Shown piece after piece: positions 24,381 to 39,926 of a stretch of DNA of 64,000 nt. The notes beneath the pieces are model-generated. The model had not been told where the DNA came from and made no database searches. It worked only from the letters and a program-made list of their open reading frames with translations. The position numbers and the translations under genes are program-made. This stretch comes from Octopus sinensis. Lineage: Eukaryota. The DNA lies in the NCBI RefSeq assembly GCF_006345805.1, contig NC_043019.1:10415360-10479359 (forward strand), given 5' to 3'. The first letter of the stretch is position 1. Each line of letters starts with the position of its first letter.

Positions 24381-25638
24381 CCTTTCTAGTGGCTTTGGAA
24401 AAAGAGGTTGTCTGGGGGTCGAAGTTGAAAGACATGAGGTCAAAGACATTCCTCTTTGAAGAATTCTTCTCCCCCTCTCTCTCTTTCCCACACTTTCTCT
24501 GTTTCTCTCTCTTTCTCACTCTCTCTCTCTGTCTCGCTCTTCCTCACTCTCTCTTTCTCACACTCTCTCTCGCTGATTCTCTCTTTCTCACTCTCACTCT
24601 ACCTCTCTCTCTTTCTCACTCTTTCTCTGTCTCTCTCCCTTTCTCTGTCTCTCTCCCGCTCCCGCCCCCTGTCTCTCTCTTTCTCACTCTCTCTCTGTAT
24701 ATCTCTCCCTCTCTGCCTCTTTCGTTCTTTGCATAAGCTATAAGAGTTATGTCCCTGCAACAAGTACAGGAGTTGTTTCCCCTGAATTCCTAATAACGAA
24801 ATGATTTTGTCTTTTAAAAAATTTATTTACGCTGAAATTAAGGTGGCGAAGCGATTGAATTGTTAGCGCGTCGGACAAATTACTTTGCAGCATTCCTTGT
24901 TTACTGGGGTTTCAGTGTAATCAACTAAACCGTCCCTCTTAACCCATTGTCTGCCATGAGCCCTATTTGGCGATCTGCTAAAACCAGTCTCGTTGTATTT
25001 AAACCGAATTGCTTATGTACATTGCATTTGCAGAATTGTGTTTAACAATAATTAGTAATTAAAGTTTGTATTTGTTTTAATTGTTTCAACAATTAGACAG
25101 CGACCATACAGGGGCAGTGCCTTGAAGGAACTGACGTTGTAGGAGATGGCATTTGCCCAAGGTGCCCTGCAGTAGAACTGAACCCGGAACCATGTGGCTG
25201 GGAAACAAATTCCTTACCATACAGCCACGCCTAGGAGAAATAGAAAGTAAAAAACCCAGAAAAATGTTTTAGAAAAAAACCGTTCCACATCCGATCAAAG
25301 GGGATCATTGAGTTCCAGGTGGAAGAACTTCACGTTGATATTGCGCATCACGTCCACGATGGAAACTGTCAAAGATCTTTTATTATTATGCAGTCGTTAA
25401 AGGCGGCGAGCTGGCAGACTCCTTGGCACGCCGGGAAAAATGATGAGCGACATTTCGTTCGGCTATTTATGTTCTTCTGAGTTCAACTTCCGCCGAGGTC
25501 GACTTTGCCTTTCATCCTTTCGGGGTCGATGAAAATAAGTACCAGTGAAAGACTGGGGTCGATCTAATCGACTAGTCCCACTCCTTCGAAATTTCTGGCC
25601 TTGTTCTAAAATGTGAAACCATTATACGGCCATTGGTT

Positions 25639-25681
<43 letters not shown>

Positions 25682-25689
25682 GATTTTCC

Positions 25690-26290
25690 ATCGCAGAGGT
25701 CCAGCCCGTTAAATCAAAAGGGAGCTGGGAAGCCATATGCTGGAGGTCATGTGATCGTGATTTTCTGAGTGGAAAAGGCCACGTGATTGGTTACATAGTC
25801 CTGTAAAATTACACCCACCCTCTGTGAGCCAAACCACTCGATGCAGGAGTTATCTACTGTGCCCAAAGCCTTGATGTAGGTACAGGAATTGACCCTGAAG
25901 CCCTGCATGAAGAAGTGAAGTGGCATGTCCGGACTCTCGTTGCCTGCTACACCCAGGGACATCAGATACAACTGGAAGCTGGTGCACATCGCTTTGGGTA
26001 TCATCGTGGGCTCCACGCATCGTCATCTATTACTCCTTCTGCTCAGACTAAGACCCTTGTTAAAGTTCTTTACAAAGGGAAATTATCAGAATCTGAAGAG
26101 CTTCTCAAGTATTTGAGCTTATTAAGTATGCTCTATGAATGGACCTCTCGGTTCTTCTGGGTCATCTCGGACTGCCCTCTTCTAATCACAATTTTTTTTA
26201 TTAATGTCCCCCGATCACACACTCCTTAGCTACACACAAAATAAAAAATGCTAGGAAGGCAGGTTGGTTACTCTCAAATTCTTTGTAAAC
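25690..26290 (-). mobile_element. Tc1/mariner superfamily (maT/DD37D-like) transposase fossil
   Basis: Minus strand LLNKLK…SDSDNF…, LMSLGVAGNESPDMPLHFFMQGFRVNSCTYIKALGTV…QD…H…, then HDHMTSSIWLPSS…DL, resembling the WPP.SPDLNPLD motif. Frameshifted. Confidence 0.7.
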
Positions 26291-26625
26291 TCTTAAATAT
26301 ATCTCCATCTGTGAATATACATACTATCAAACAAACATGATTTTTATTGAAGTCCTAATATTTTTTGTTGAATATTTTCTTAAATACTTTCTTGTAAACC
26401 GTTTTTAAGATTTTCTTATTATTATCATAGAATATATATATATATTTTAATACTTTTGTGAGAACCAGTACTTAACACAACAAAGCTTATACAAAGGTTT
26501 TACATTTTACAATCTTTTTCTAAAAAAGTGAAACCGGTCAAGTGAATAAACATCTTTAAAATTGCATCTTCAAATCTTCTTTCATATATATTTCCACTCG
26601 TGCGGCACCTTACAACTTCATTTGT

Positions 26626-26659
<34 letters not shown>

Positions 26660-27581
26660 TATGTTAAATAAAATAAGATAACAAGGCTAAGGCAGTGTAA
26701 TATTTCTAAGACATTTAAAAAGAGAAAGGTGATCTTACGGCTGTTTCAGGGAAATAAATAATAAATCATCATCAAAGACGAGGATTGCAATAGAAGAAAT
26801 TAGTAAAGTTCATTTGTGTGTGTATGTATGTGTTTGTGTATGTGTATGTGTGTGTGTGTGATTGTGTGCGTGTGTGTGTATGTGGGTATGTGTGTTTGCG
26901 TTTATTCCCTACCACCGCTTGACAACCGGTGTTGGTGTGTTTACGTCCCCGTAACGTAGCAGTTCGCTCATATAAACGACAAAAGTCCGAGGTTTAAAAA
27001 GAAACAAAAATGTACTGGGGACGGTTGATTAGGCAAAACATTCCCCGAGGTGTTGTCCCAGCATGGCCGCACTTTAATGACTGAAGCAAGTAAAATAATA
27101 AAAAAATGAAAGGATTTTGTTCGCCGCGCTAAAGATTGAGACCAAGGATATAGAAAGTAAGAATAATAACTGAGAATAAAGAATGAGAATAAAGACAGAG
27201 AATGAGGGGCGAGAATAATGATCGGGGAGAAAGAGAGTGAGATTAACGAATGAAAGTAAAGAATGAGAATAAAGAGAAAAGTGATTAAAGATTGGTGTAA
27301 AGGCCAAGTGTAAAGACAGGAATTAAAGCTTAAAGAGAATGAATAAATAAAATGCAGACAAAGAATAAAGCTTGATAAAAATGAGAGAGAATAAATACTG
27401 GAATAAAGAATAAAGGCAGAGAATAAAGAATAATGGTGTGAATAAATACGGTGAATAAAGAGCAAGATTAGTGTAAAGGCTGAGGAAAAAATTGAGAATA
27501 AAGTAAGATGAAGACAGGAAATAAGGAGAGGATTAAAGATTTAGAATAAAGACTGAGAATACGACTTTTATTAAAACAAGA

Positions 27582-28995
<1,414 letters not shown>

Positions 28996-29316
28996 ATGAT
29001 GATGATGAAATGAGAAAAGAAAACCCGCTTCAGGTGGTTTTTGAAGTATTTTTGGTACCTGGAGGAAAAGGTGTGTCTTTTGTTCTGTTTACGTGGAGCA
29101 TTCCAATTTCTTTATTGGTTTGTGTTGGTATTGAAGTGTACTATGTGTGTATGTGTGAGGTGTGTGTGTGAGCGTGTGAGTCTGTGTGTGTGTGTGAGTG
29201 CGTTTGTGTATGTATGTATGCATTTGTTTCTTCCAGGTGTCGCTAGGTGATAATGTTGTTTTTGGTTTTTTAAATTTTGTTACCGATTTTGTTATTCTTG
29301 ACGTTTATAACGTTGC

Positions 29317-29347
<31 letters not shown>

Positions 29348-29664
29348 GGTAGTGGCGATGGTCGTGGTGGGAGTGGCTCAGCTGTTGTTCCTATAAGCAA
29401 ACATTTCGAGAATTAGTCGTGATGGCAGTTGTGCTCATCGTTAATGCAATTAGTGTGTTTATGTCTGTCTGTCTGTCTCTGTCTATACCGGAGTAAGCAC
29501 ATAAATGTGAAACAAGGTGGAAAAAAGAGTACTCAAATACCAGAGGTAGAGTAATATGCTTTATTTAAAAACAGCAGAAATATAACAAAAGCTGTTACTC
29601 AGAGTTTCACGTTCCCGTTCGTCGGACAGTTTTGTTAAAAAACAAGTATATGTAGGTTTATGCA

Positions 29665-29711
<47 letters not shown>

Positions 29712-29767
29712 ATATATAACATACATAGACATATACGTACATACACGTATATATATAGATCTATATA

Positions 29768-29809
<42 letters not shown>

Positions 29810-29839
29810 TATATATATATAAATATATAGACATATACG

Positions 29840-29896
<57 letters not shown>

Positions 29897-30059
29897 CATA
29901 TACGTACATACGTAAATATATATTATAGACATATACGTACATACGTATATATATATATACATACATATGCATATACACAAACATTTATGTATGTATATAT
30001 TTATAGTTTCCATTATTTTGTCCAACCGCTGTATGTATGTGTGCATGTATATGTTACCA

Positions 30060-30745
30060 GTTGCAATAACATGCGACCTGTCTATCTCATGTCGTTTGTG
30101 AGCGCTAGCAGTACCATGCAGTCCAGTGGAACCTGCTGCATGGTCGGGTTGTCGACGCTAAATTGGTAACCCCACTGAGATTGCTCTGTGAGGACGGTGA
30201 CTTGACTGAAAAACGACGTCTGTGAAATGGTGGATGAAATCAGGAAAGCCAACGGCCATCCAACAGAGGATTAATCCTGCTATGTCTCATGAACATCTTT
30301 AGTTCCTGCGGCAATCATCGACAAATTGGTGACTTTGGCACAGAAAACACAGTGGCTGCGCAGAATATTGTCGGGTTTTTGAGCAATGAGCAGGCAGAAC
30401 AGGTTCAGTCAGCGGAGAACTACGTGGATGAGAATGTAGGCACGGTGTACCACACTAACTAGGAGAGACCCCTAGTCCTTTTTAGGACACCGCTCTCGGG
30501 GAATGAGGAGTCAGATGTTAAACCTACGACTTGATGGTAACCAATGATGTTGGTCAGGTGTTCTTTATGAGGTTTCTGTCATCGTGGTTCCTAGAGTGGG
30601 ACTTGCTGCGTGCAAGACCTCTCCTCTGTTTGAAAAGCATCATGCACAGACATCATTTGGCATGCAAGTATCGTAATCAACATTCATCCATGTGACCGAT
30701 TCCGAAATGCATCAGACGGTGACCATTACCGAGAAGGAGGAAGCG
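30060..30745 (-). mobile_element. Decayed L2/Crack-like LINE fragment
   Basis: Minus strand HWLPSSRRFNI resembles LHWLP…R..FK of L2/Crack ORF2. Heavily mutated. Confidence 0.45.
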
Positions 30746-30769
30746 GCCATTGTGTATGCTTGCATGCTT

Positions 30770-31140
30770 GCAAGTATGTACGTGTGTATGTATGCATGTA
30801 TGTATGTGTGTATGATGTATGTATGTGTGTATGTATGTATGTATGTGTATGTATGTATGTATGTATGTTGTATGTATGTATGTGTGTATGTATGTATGTA
30901 CTGTATGTAGGAGTATGTGTTGTATGTATGTGTGTGTATGTAGCATGTATGCATGTATGTGTGTATGATTTATGGTGTGTTATGTATATATGAATGTAGG
31001 GTATGTTTATGTATGTATGTATGTGGTATGTGTGTATGTATGTATGCTGTATGTATATGTATGGGTGTATATATGTATGTATGTATATGTATGTATGTAT
31101 GTGTGCATGTATGTATGTATGTGTGATTATGTATGTATGG

Positions 31141-31171
<31 letters not shown>

Positions 31172-31320
31172 TGTATGTGTGTATGTATGTATGTATGTGT
31201 GTATGTGTGTANNNNNNNNNNNNNNNNNNNNNNNNNNNNNNNNNNNNNNNNNNNNNNNNNNNNNNNNNNNNNNNNNNNNNNNNNNNNNNNNNNNNNNNNN
31301 NNNNNNNNNNNTTAATAAAT
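30770..31320. repeat. (TATG)n array containing a 100-N assembly gap (31212-31311)
   Basis: Directly visible. Confidence 0.95.
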
Positions 31321-31846
31321 AAACATAGCATATATACATACGTATATGTACGTACCTACATCTACATGTATATATACACGCATATATGGGCACAGGGACA
31401 CCAAAAAAAACGTTGACAACAATGAGAAACGAAAACATAAACACAAAACCAAGGAACTGGACATTTTTCTAAACAACAAAAAATAGAGTACAGGACAAAT
31501 AACACAAGGAAACTTCCCTTCTTCAGTCACCATGGTTTCATCTACTCTGCGTTTCGAAGGTGAAGGCGTTACGCATCTTCGATAGAACTTTCCTTCCCGC
31601 GAAAAGCAATTAAATAAAATTTGAGATCTTTTTGCGGAGGGGTAAAAATGGTAACAAAAACAGGACAGTAACGACAGTACAAAATATAAGCAGTAAAAGA
31701 CAGGACAAGGAGAATAACAAGACAAGAAGGGCTGTTAAGCCGAACGAGAAAATGTATTACGAACGCTAATATATATATTAAATGATTTTGGGGTATGTGC
31801 TCATACTTATATAGGTATATGTGTAACTTGTTTTATAGATTTGAAT

Positions 31847-31957
31847 CTCTGAAGAGGCCGTGAAATATTTTTGTTAATGTCTCATTTATACCTGCAATAT
31901 ATAGTTAATATAAGTTAAATGGGACATGCTTATGTGCATGGCCGAAACAGCTGTCAG
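31847..31957 (+). ncRNA. Minimal type-I hammerhead ribozyme motif (Penelope-like)
   Basis: CT-CTGAAGA-GGCCGTG…CATGGCC-GAA-ACAGCTGT-C-AG: intact core, 7-bp stem II, palindromic stem III, GUC cleavage triplet, only 2-bp stem I. Confidence 0.7.
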
Positions 31958-32150
31958 TTATAATGTATATGTATTTTTATATCTTATTATATTTATTTAG
32001 TTATACCTCATTATATTGATTGTAATTATTGTACTGTATTAATGTCTAATCTTAATGCTCTTTTGTAGTGTTTTAATAAAGTATATGATTCGGTATTATC
32101 TGATAGTTGATGAATGATTTAGATAATATTTCTCATTTTCTTATTTTGTG

Positions 32151-32200
<50 letters not shown>

Positions 32201-32565
32201 TTATATATATATATATATATCATTCTAAAAACGTGTAGTAAATAAACAAACGAACGTATACTAGATACACGAGCGAACAGAGAACACGGAATGTCACCAC
32301 AACTTCTCATATGAACAGTATATGTTGGTTTCTCTATTTACTACGCTTTATTTTTAATTATATATATACTTAGGTATGTCAAATTTTTCGTTTGTTGTCC
32401 TCTTTTTATTTAATCCTGAATTCGTGTGTGTGTGTAGGCATGGTGATACAAACAGAAAAATACAGAACTCAAAATACGAGTGTATGTATATTTCTTCTAT
32501 TCATATTTAAGCAGAAGCAACAGACTGACTGGAGGCCAGAGGTTTCGTGCGTTCGCACTTATCGA

Positions 32566-32627
<62 letters not shown>

Positions 32628-32868
32628 AAATACTAAACTCGAAAAGGAAAAAATACATAACATCTTAATTACAAACCAAAATATCAACGAAAAATCTTTG
32701 AACGTATGTGTGTGTGTGTGAGAGAGAGATAAAGTGGAATTCAAAGCGATAGATATTAATCTGCGTCGGCAATGAGACTTCTATTATTAGAAAAAGTAAA
32801 CGAAAGAGTAATATATATATATATATATTATATATATATATATTAATATATATATATATATTATATAT

Positions 32869-32925
<57 letters not shown>

Positions 32926-33112
32926 ATATAGTTCAGCAAAATTCAGATTCAAATCATGTACGCACATGGTTATATACACGCGCATATACCCACTCAGTTA
33001 TGCACACACACACACGCACGCGCGCGCCACCACACATATACACACTCATGCACACATGCTTTCACACACACACACACCAACACACACACACACACACACA
33101 CACCACACACAC

Positions 33113-33163
<51 letters not shown>

Positions 33164-33259
33164 CCAAACATGAAAACACAAAGAGAAAACACAACAACGC
33201 GAGGACGTGGAACAAGTATAGTGTTATTGGACGCTTAGGAAAGGAAAGAAAGAAGGAGG

Positions 33260-33294
33260 ATTTAACGTTTCGAGCGGAGCTCTTCGTCAGAAAC
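33260..33294 (-). ncRNA. Minimal hammerhead-like motif in a (TA)n-anchored element (~33160-33410)
   Basis: Minus strand GTTT-CTGACGA-A-GAGC-TCC-GCTC-GAA-ACGT-T-AAAT. Confidence 0.6.
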
Positions 33295-34099
33295 ATAGAA
33301 AAAGGAAAGATCCAAGGAAGGAAAGACGGAGGAAAAAAATCGCCAACGATACACACGCGATCACGCGATAATAATTCTGTCAGGTCGCCGTCTTTCGTCC
33401 CACAAATATAGTTCTTTCTTCTATCGGCATAGGCCTGGAATTTGTCCGAGGGGGGTGGAGCTAGTCGGTTATATCGACTCCAGTGCTAATTTTCTCGACC
33501 CCCAAAAAAGATGAAAGGCAAAGTCAACCTCGGCGGCATTTGAACTCAGAACGTAAAAGTCCGGAAGAAATGCAACTAAGCATTTTGTCCGACACGCTAA
33601 CGATTCTTATTTCTTTATTGCCCACATGGGGCTAAACATAGAGGGGACAAACAAGGACAGACAAAGGGATTAAGTCGATTACATCGACCCCAGCGCATAA
33701 CTGGTACTTAATTTATCGACCCCGAAAGGATGAAAGGCAAAGTCAACCTCGGCGGCATTTGAACTCAGAACGTAAAAGTCCGGAAGAAATGCAACTAAGC
33801 ATTTTGTCCGACACGCTAACGATTTCTGTCAGCTCAGCACCTTCCGTCCCGAAATCGATCGAGTGCCGGAAGCAGTAATTACAAATGATGAACGAGTAAG
33901 ATAGCCAAGGGGCCGACGACGTTCCCCTAATTTTCAGTGCAAGGGTGAAGGGTTTATAGATGTAACCCACCACCCCACTCCTTCCTAACCTCAAACCTCA
34001 CAGATTTTAGTTTAACCCTGAGTTCCTTGAAAATCGTTTCTGTCACTAAACGTGGGGGGAGAACCAAGAGAGAAACCAAAAATAACCAGTATGTTTGAC

Positions 34100-34900
34100 A
34101 ACTGTGACACACAGACACACACACACACACACACACAAACAGCTTTACATGCGCATACACTCGCTCACAACTATGCACACACATACACACACAAACAAAT
34201 ATACATACACACTCACACAAAGCTATGCACACACACACACACATGCATACACACACACACACACAGAGCTTTACATACACATACACTCACTCAGAACTAT
34301 GCACACGCACACACATACACAAACAATATATATACATATACACTACACAACAGCTATGCACACACACCGACACACATACACACACATATACTACACTCAC
34401 ACAATACACATACACATCACACACACGTACACACAATATGCGCATGGTTTATATCACGCAGACACACAGCATACACATACACACGACACACACACATTAT
34501 ACACATGGTATACTACATCGCAATACACACGCTATATACACATACACACACTCAAACATATACACATACACACACTCACACACACGTACAACATTATGTA
34601 CTCACATATATACCGCGCATATACACAACAGCTATATACACATACCCACCTCACACACAATTATGTACGCACATGGTTATATACACGCGCATATACACAC
34701 AGCTATATACACATACACACACTCACACATATACACATACACACACTCACACACACGTACACACAATTATGTACGCACATGGTTATATACACGCGCATAT
34801 ACACACAGCTATATACACATACACACACTCACACATATACATATACACACACTCACACACACACATATACACACTCATGCTTTCACACATACACAGATAT
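34100..34900. repeat. (CA)-rich compound minisatellite (TATGTACGCACATGGTTATATACACGCGCATATAC unit, also at ~32957)
   Basis: Unit recurs at ~32957, 34662 and 34768. Confidence 0.85.
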
Positions 34901-35112
34901 ATAACTTGATATACATACACACATATACACATACGAGCACACATTCCCGCATACAGCTAAAAGTATATATGTATGTATATATATATATACACTCACACAC
35001 AAACCTTACAACATATAGAATTATATTTTCTATTCAGCAATTTCCAGCAGCAAAACCCCACCCGTCATTACCACCCCCTGTGGCTGACATCCTCTGTGAT
35101 TGGCGCCAGACA

Positions 35113-35149
<37 letters not shown>

Positions 35150-35936
35150 ACACACACCACACAAGCACAATATTGGAGGCACTCGAAGATGGTCATTGCA
35201 GATGTTTGCCGTTCTTCCGTCGGACGAAGTTAATTTTTATTTATATCCAAGCATACTTCGATTTACGTGGTTTCGAGTTACGTCTTTTTCAACTTTACGT
35301 CGTTTCTAGTTACCTCTTTTTTTATTTGACCTCGTTTCAGGTCAATTGACGTAGTTTCGAGTTACGTCTTTTTCAACTTAACGTCGTTTCTAGTTACCTC
35401 TTTTCTTTTTCTTTTTTTTTTATTTTGCCTCGTTTCGGGTACGTCTTTTTCAACTTTACATCGTTTCCGTATTTGTCCCCCACAACCGCTTGACAACCGG
35501 TGTTGGTGTGTTTACCTCCTCGTAACTTTATAGTTCGGCAAAAGACACCGATAGAATAATTACCAGGCTTAGAAAAAAATTTAGTACTGGTGTCGATTCA
35601 TTCTTCAAGGCGGTGCTGCAGCATGGCTGCAGTCAAATGGCTGAAACAACTAAACGATAAAAGATTACCTCTTTTTCGACTTTGCGTCGTTTCGGGTTAC
35701 GTATTTCTTTTCGACTTCACGACGTTATTTTATCTGTTAAGATAGTAATGGAAAGAAATACACCTCAACTTCCGTCGATTTACCCCACTTTGCGTCGGTC
35801 CCAGCATAACAAAATTCTATCGGTCTCTTTTGCTGAACCGCCAACGACGTAAACACCAACATCGGTTGCCAAGCGACGGTAGGGGTACAAACACACACAA
35901 ACAAACATAAATATATATATTGGCTAATCTGACAAA

Positions 35937-36026
<90 letters not shown>

Positions 36027-36184
36027 ATATATATTATATATATATATATATATATAGGCGCAGGAGTGGCTGTGTGGTAAGTAGCTTGTTACCAACCACA
36101 TGGTTCTGGGTTCACCCACTGCGTAGCACCTTGGGCAAGTGTCTTCTACTATAGCCTCGAGTCGATCAATGCCCGTTGATATAT

Positions 36185-36215
<31 letters not shown>

Positions 36216-36230
36216 TATGTATATGATATA

Positions 36231-36268
<38 letters not shown>

Positions 36269-36622
36269 GTATAATATATGGTACAACCGATGCTGGTGTG
36301 TGTTTATGTCCCCGTTACTTAGCGGGGGATAGAATAAGTACTGGGCTTACAAAAGATGAAGTCCCGGGGTCGAGTTGCTCGACTAAAGGCGGTGCTCCAG
36401 CATGGCCGCAGTCAAATGACTGAAACAAGTAAAAGAGTAAAGAGTATATATATATATATATATATATATTATACATACATGTATTTATGACGGGCAAAAA
36501 TGTAGTTTTCATGTTACATCCCATGTCTTGGCACAATTACGGACAGAAGTTCGTTTTTTTTTTCTTTAATTGGCAAAATTTGTCTCGATCTGTGATTATG
36601 CTGATAGAGAGAGAGAGAGACA

Positions 36623-36684
<62 letters not shown>

Positions 36685-36904
36685 CTATACGCGTGTGGCC
36701 GTTCCGCTATTCGATGTATTAAGATACTAATTTTACGGGTGTATGTGTGTGTTTGGGGCGGTGAATGAATATGTATGTGTCAGTGTGAGTACTTGTGTGT
36801 GTGTGTGTGTGTGTGCATGCTTGCGTTTACATGTGTGTGAAAGTGTGAGTTTGCGCGTGTGTATGCAAAAATAGGTGGGAGTTCATGTATATGTTGTTAC
36901 TTCT

Positions 36905-37150
36905 GCTAACTGTACAGTGTCTGTGCTTGTATGCGTGCGTGTACGAGTGTGTGTGTGTGGTGTCTGCTTGTGTATGTGTGTGTCTGTGCTTGTATGCGTG
37001 CGTGTACGAGTGTGTGTGTGTGTGTGTCTGCTTGTGTATGTGTGTGTCTGTGCTTGTATGCGTGCGTGTACGAGTGTGTATGTGTGTGTCTGCTTGTGTA
37101 TGTGTGTGTCTGTGCTTGTATGCGTGCGTGTACGAGTGTGTGTGTGTGGT
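36905..37150. repeat. ~45-50-bp GT-rich minisatellite (GTGTCTGTGCTTGTATGCGTGCGTGTACGAGTG… x~5)
   Basis: Directly visible tandem units. Confidence 0.9.
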
Positions 37151-37554
37151 TCGGTGTCACGCTCAGTAACCGGCTGTGGGATGTAGTTGAATGAGTGTGG
37201 ATACACATATAAATATAGAAACGCCGAAAGAAAAACTGGGAAGACAGAATGGAGTAGAATGAGAGCGAATATACAACATGGAAAGAGAATTATATCGGTA
37301 GATGTAGTGTGTAATGCACACACATGTATGTATGTATGTATGTATGCATGTATATATATACATACATATATTATATATATATATATAATCATACATACAT
37401 ACATACATATATATATATACATACATACACATATATATTTATATATATGTATGTATCTATGTATGTATGTATGTATGTATATATGTGTGTATTATATATA
37501 TATGTATTATATACACTCGCATATATATCTTATATGTATTCATAAATAAATATT

Positions 37555-37624
<70 letters not shown>

Positions 37625-37899
37625 GCATACATATACGTAAACCATATATATGTATTTATGTTAGTGTCTACATTTTGGTATATGATTGTGTGTGTGTGTG
37701 TACACATACACTCACACACTCGTACACACGGGTGGTGAAGTAGGATGAGGTGGGGGGAAAAGGTGAATTGTGCAGGGTGGAAAAAACAGAAATAAGGACT
37801 TTTCGTTTCCGCGTCGTATAGAAAGAAAAAAGGAAAAAAAAAAAAAGGAAGAGAGAGAGAGAAAGAAAGAGAGAAGAGAGAGGACAGAGGAGGGGGAGG

Positions 37900-38387
37900 A
37901 GAGAGGAGGGTAAAACGAAACCGGACCGGAAGTGACGTCAAATCGTGTCTCTCCAAGTTTAAAGAAAGAAAAGTACGGAGGTGGGGGGGAAGACGACAAA
38001 AAAAAAAACATGAATTGCTACGGCAGAGACCATTATAGGAAATATATAATCACATTAGCAGAAGGAGATGATAGCCAGACGTTGTAGGAGATAATAACAA
38101 TAACAATAACAGCAAATATAATAAAATTTCACGAGAAAGAGAGAGAGAGAAAAAAAGGAAATGGTTGACAACTGGAAAGTATGTGATGGCGTCAGTTCCG
38201 CTCTCGTGTGAAAGAAGACACCAAAGTTGACGACTTCCGTTGTACGTTATTGTGTACGTCGAGAGCTGCCGTAACGCATTTAGGCCAAGACCAGGTTTTT
38301 ACGTGGGCCACGGTTGGCGGCCCACCTTTACTGCCTTGCCTGCTGCTCGTAGATTTTTTTATGTATAAACAGAAATAAGTGTGTAGA

Positions 38388-38421
<34 letters not shown>

Positions 38422-38430
38422 CGGCAGGTT
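37900..38430 (+). promoter_or_regulatory. CpG-rich promoter and probable non-coding first exon of RBM25
   Basis: CCGGAAGTGACGTCA (ETS + CRE) at ~37927-37941, TTCCG/ACTTCCG ETS-like motifs at ~38196 and ~38234, and dense CpG. Candidate donor CAG|GTTTAT at 38427/38428 and candidate acceptor CCCTAACAG at 40101, 13 nt before the ATG. Confidence 0.55.
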
Positions 38431-38596
38431 TATTTTTTTTTTTGTAAAACTACGGATACGGATTTCATTGTTGGAGCAGGAAATAACGGATTTTAAACAA
38501 CAACGCTATATATACACACACACACACACATTATACATATATATACGTACACATATACATACATATATATATATATATACATACACATATATATAT

Positions 38597-38630
<34 letters not shown>

Positions 38631-38968
38631 GAATATACATATTTGGATTTTTTTTTTTTAAAAGCAAAGAGGGGGAAAGTAAAAAAAAAACATACACCCC
38701 CGCGGGGGGATTTCCGATAAATTGATGGATAACACGTAGCAACGAAAGGAATCGTTTTGTTTTGAACTGATTACCTGATATACGTATAAATATTGGAAAA
38801 ACAGAATCTCGAAACACATAAAGCTATAAATAATAACCATGTAAATATTGTTGTTTTTTTTAAAAAAATAAAAAAAAAGAGGAAAACAGTTTAAAAAAAG
38901 AAGAAAAAAATAACAACAATAAGGAGAACAAGATACGTTAACAAGGAATTATCCGAACAGTGCGTGTG

Positions 38969-38999
<31 letters not shown>

Positions 39000-39429
39000 G
39001 TATATGTATATCAAGCAAGGTTTGTAACGGACCACATTGGATTTACATTGTGAAACGGAGCACATTGGATGTTTGTACAAGGAAACAACAACACATAGGA
39101 TTACGATTGCTATATATACATACGTTTACATACATAGAGAAGCAAAATATAACACCACACCGTACCACATGACTATCTACCGTCTTTCTGGGGGATTTTA
39201 CGTAATAAACTGAATTACATGTATATATATTGTCTATATATATATATATACATGCATATAAAAACAAGTGGAGTGTTTATTTATAAAATAACCGGACCGT
39301 AATAATTTAAAGATGCGGTAAACATTTGCTTCCACAGGTGAAAAGAAACATAAAAAGGAAATTTAAAAAAGAAACAGCAGGGATTATATATACAAATATA
39401 AAACCAAGCTCCCGCAAATATATATATAC

Positions 39430-39460
<31 letters not shown>

Positions 39461-39892
39461 TGAACATGGTTTTGAACAAGAATTATTTGCGGGAAAGGTG
39501 AGGTATCGATATGATGCTGACGACAAGACTTATGTTTGCTTTTTCTCCTCCTCTTTTTTCTTGTTGTTGTTCTTGTTATTGAAGATGATGATGATGATGA
39601 CGATGATAGATACAAAAATAGAAACTAAAAGAAAAAGATGCAGAAGCGAAGAGAAAATCTGATCTGCTTTCAAAATAGATGAACGTCTGGGGGGGTTGGA
39701 GGCAAAAAAAAATTTTTTTTTAAAGAGTGTGGTTGGTGTTAACGATGTTGAAGGTGTTGGTGGTGGTGATGATAGTAGAAAGACTTGCTTAACAAAAAAA
39801 AAAAAGTGTTGAAGCTGTGAAAAATTGCTGTCGGTGAGTAGAAGGAAAGAGGGGAGGGGAAAAGCGGTAACGCTTCGCAGTGGTGGCCTCGT

Positions 39893-39926
<34 letters not shown>

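Noticed and set aside
25260-25390. Possible minus-strand exon (LTVSIVDVMRNINVKFFHLELNDPL)
   Set aside because: No good splice sites, no partner exons and no recognisable similarity.
31212-31311. N run
   Set aside because: Assembly gap, not biology; distances across it are uncertain.
31520-31580. GAAAC…CTGAAGA on the minus strand as a permuted hammerhead
   Set aside because: Stem II pairing would consume core nucleotides and stem I is absent.
32535-32566. Hammerhead-like fold (GTGCG AA CGCAC GAAAC) on the minus strand
   Set aside because: The core reads TCGATAA, there is no U at 16.1 and no stem I; at best a decayed relative.
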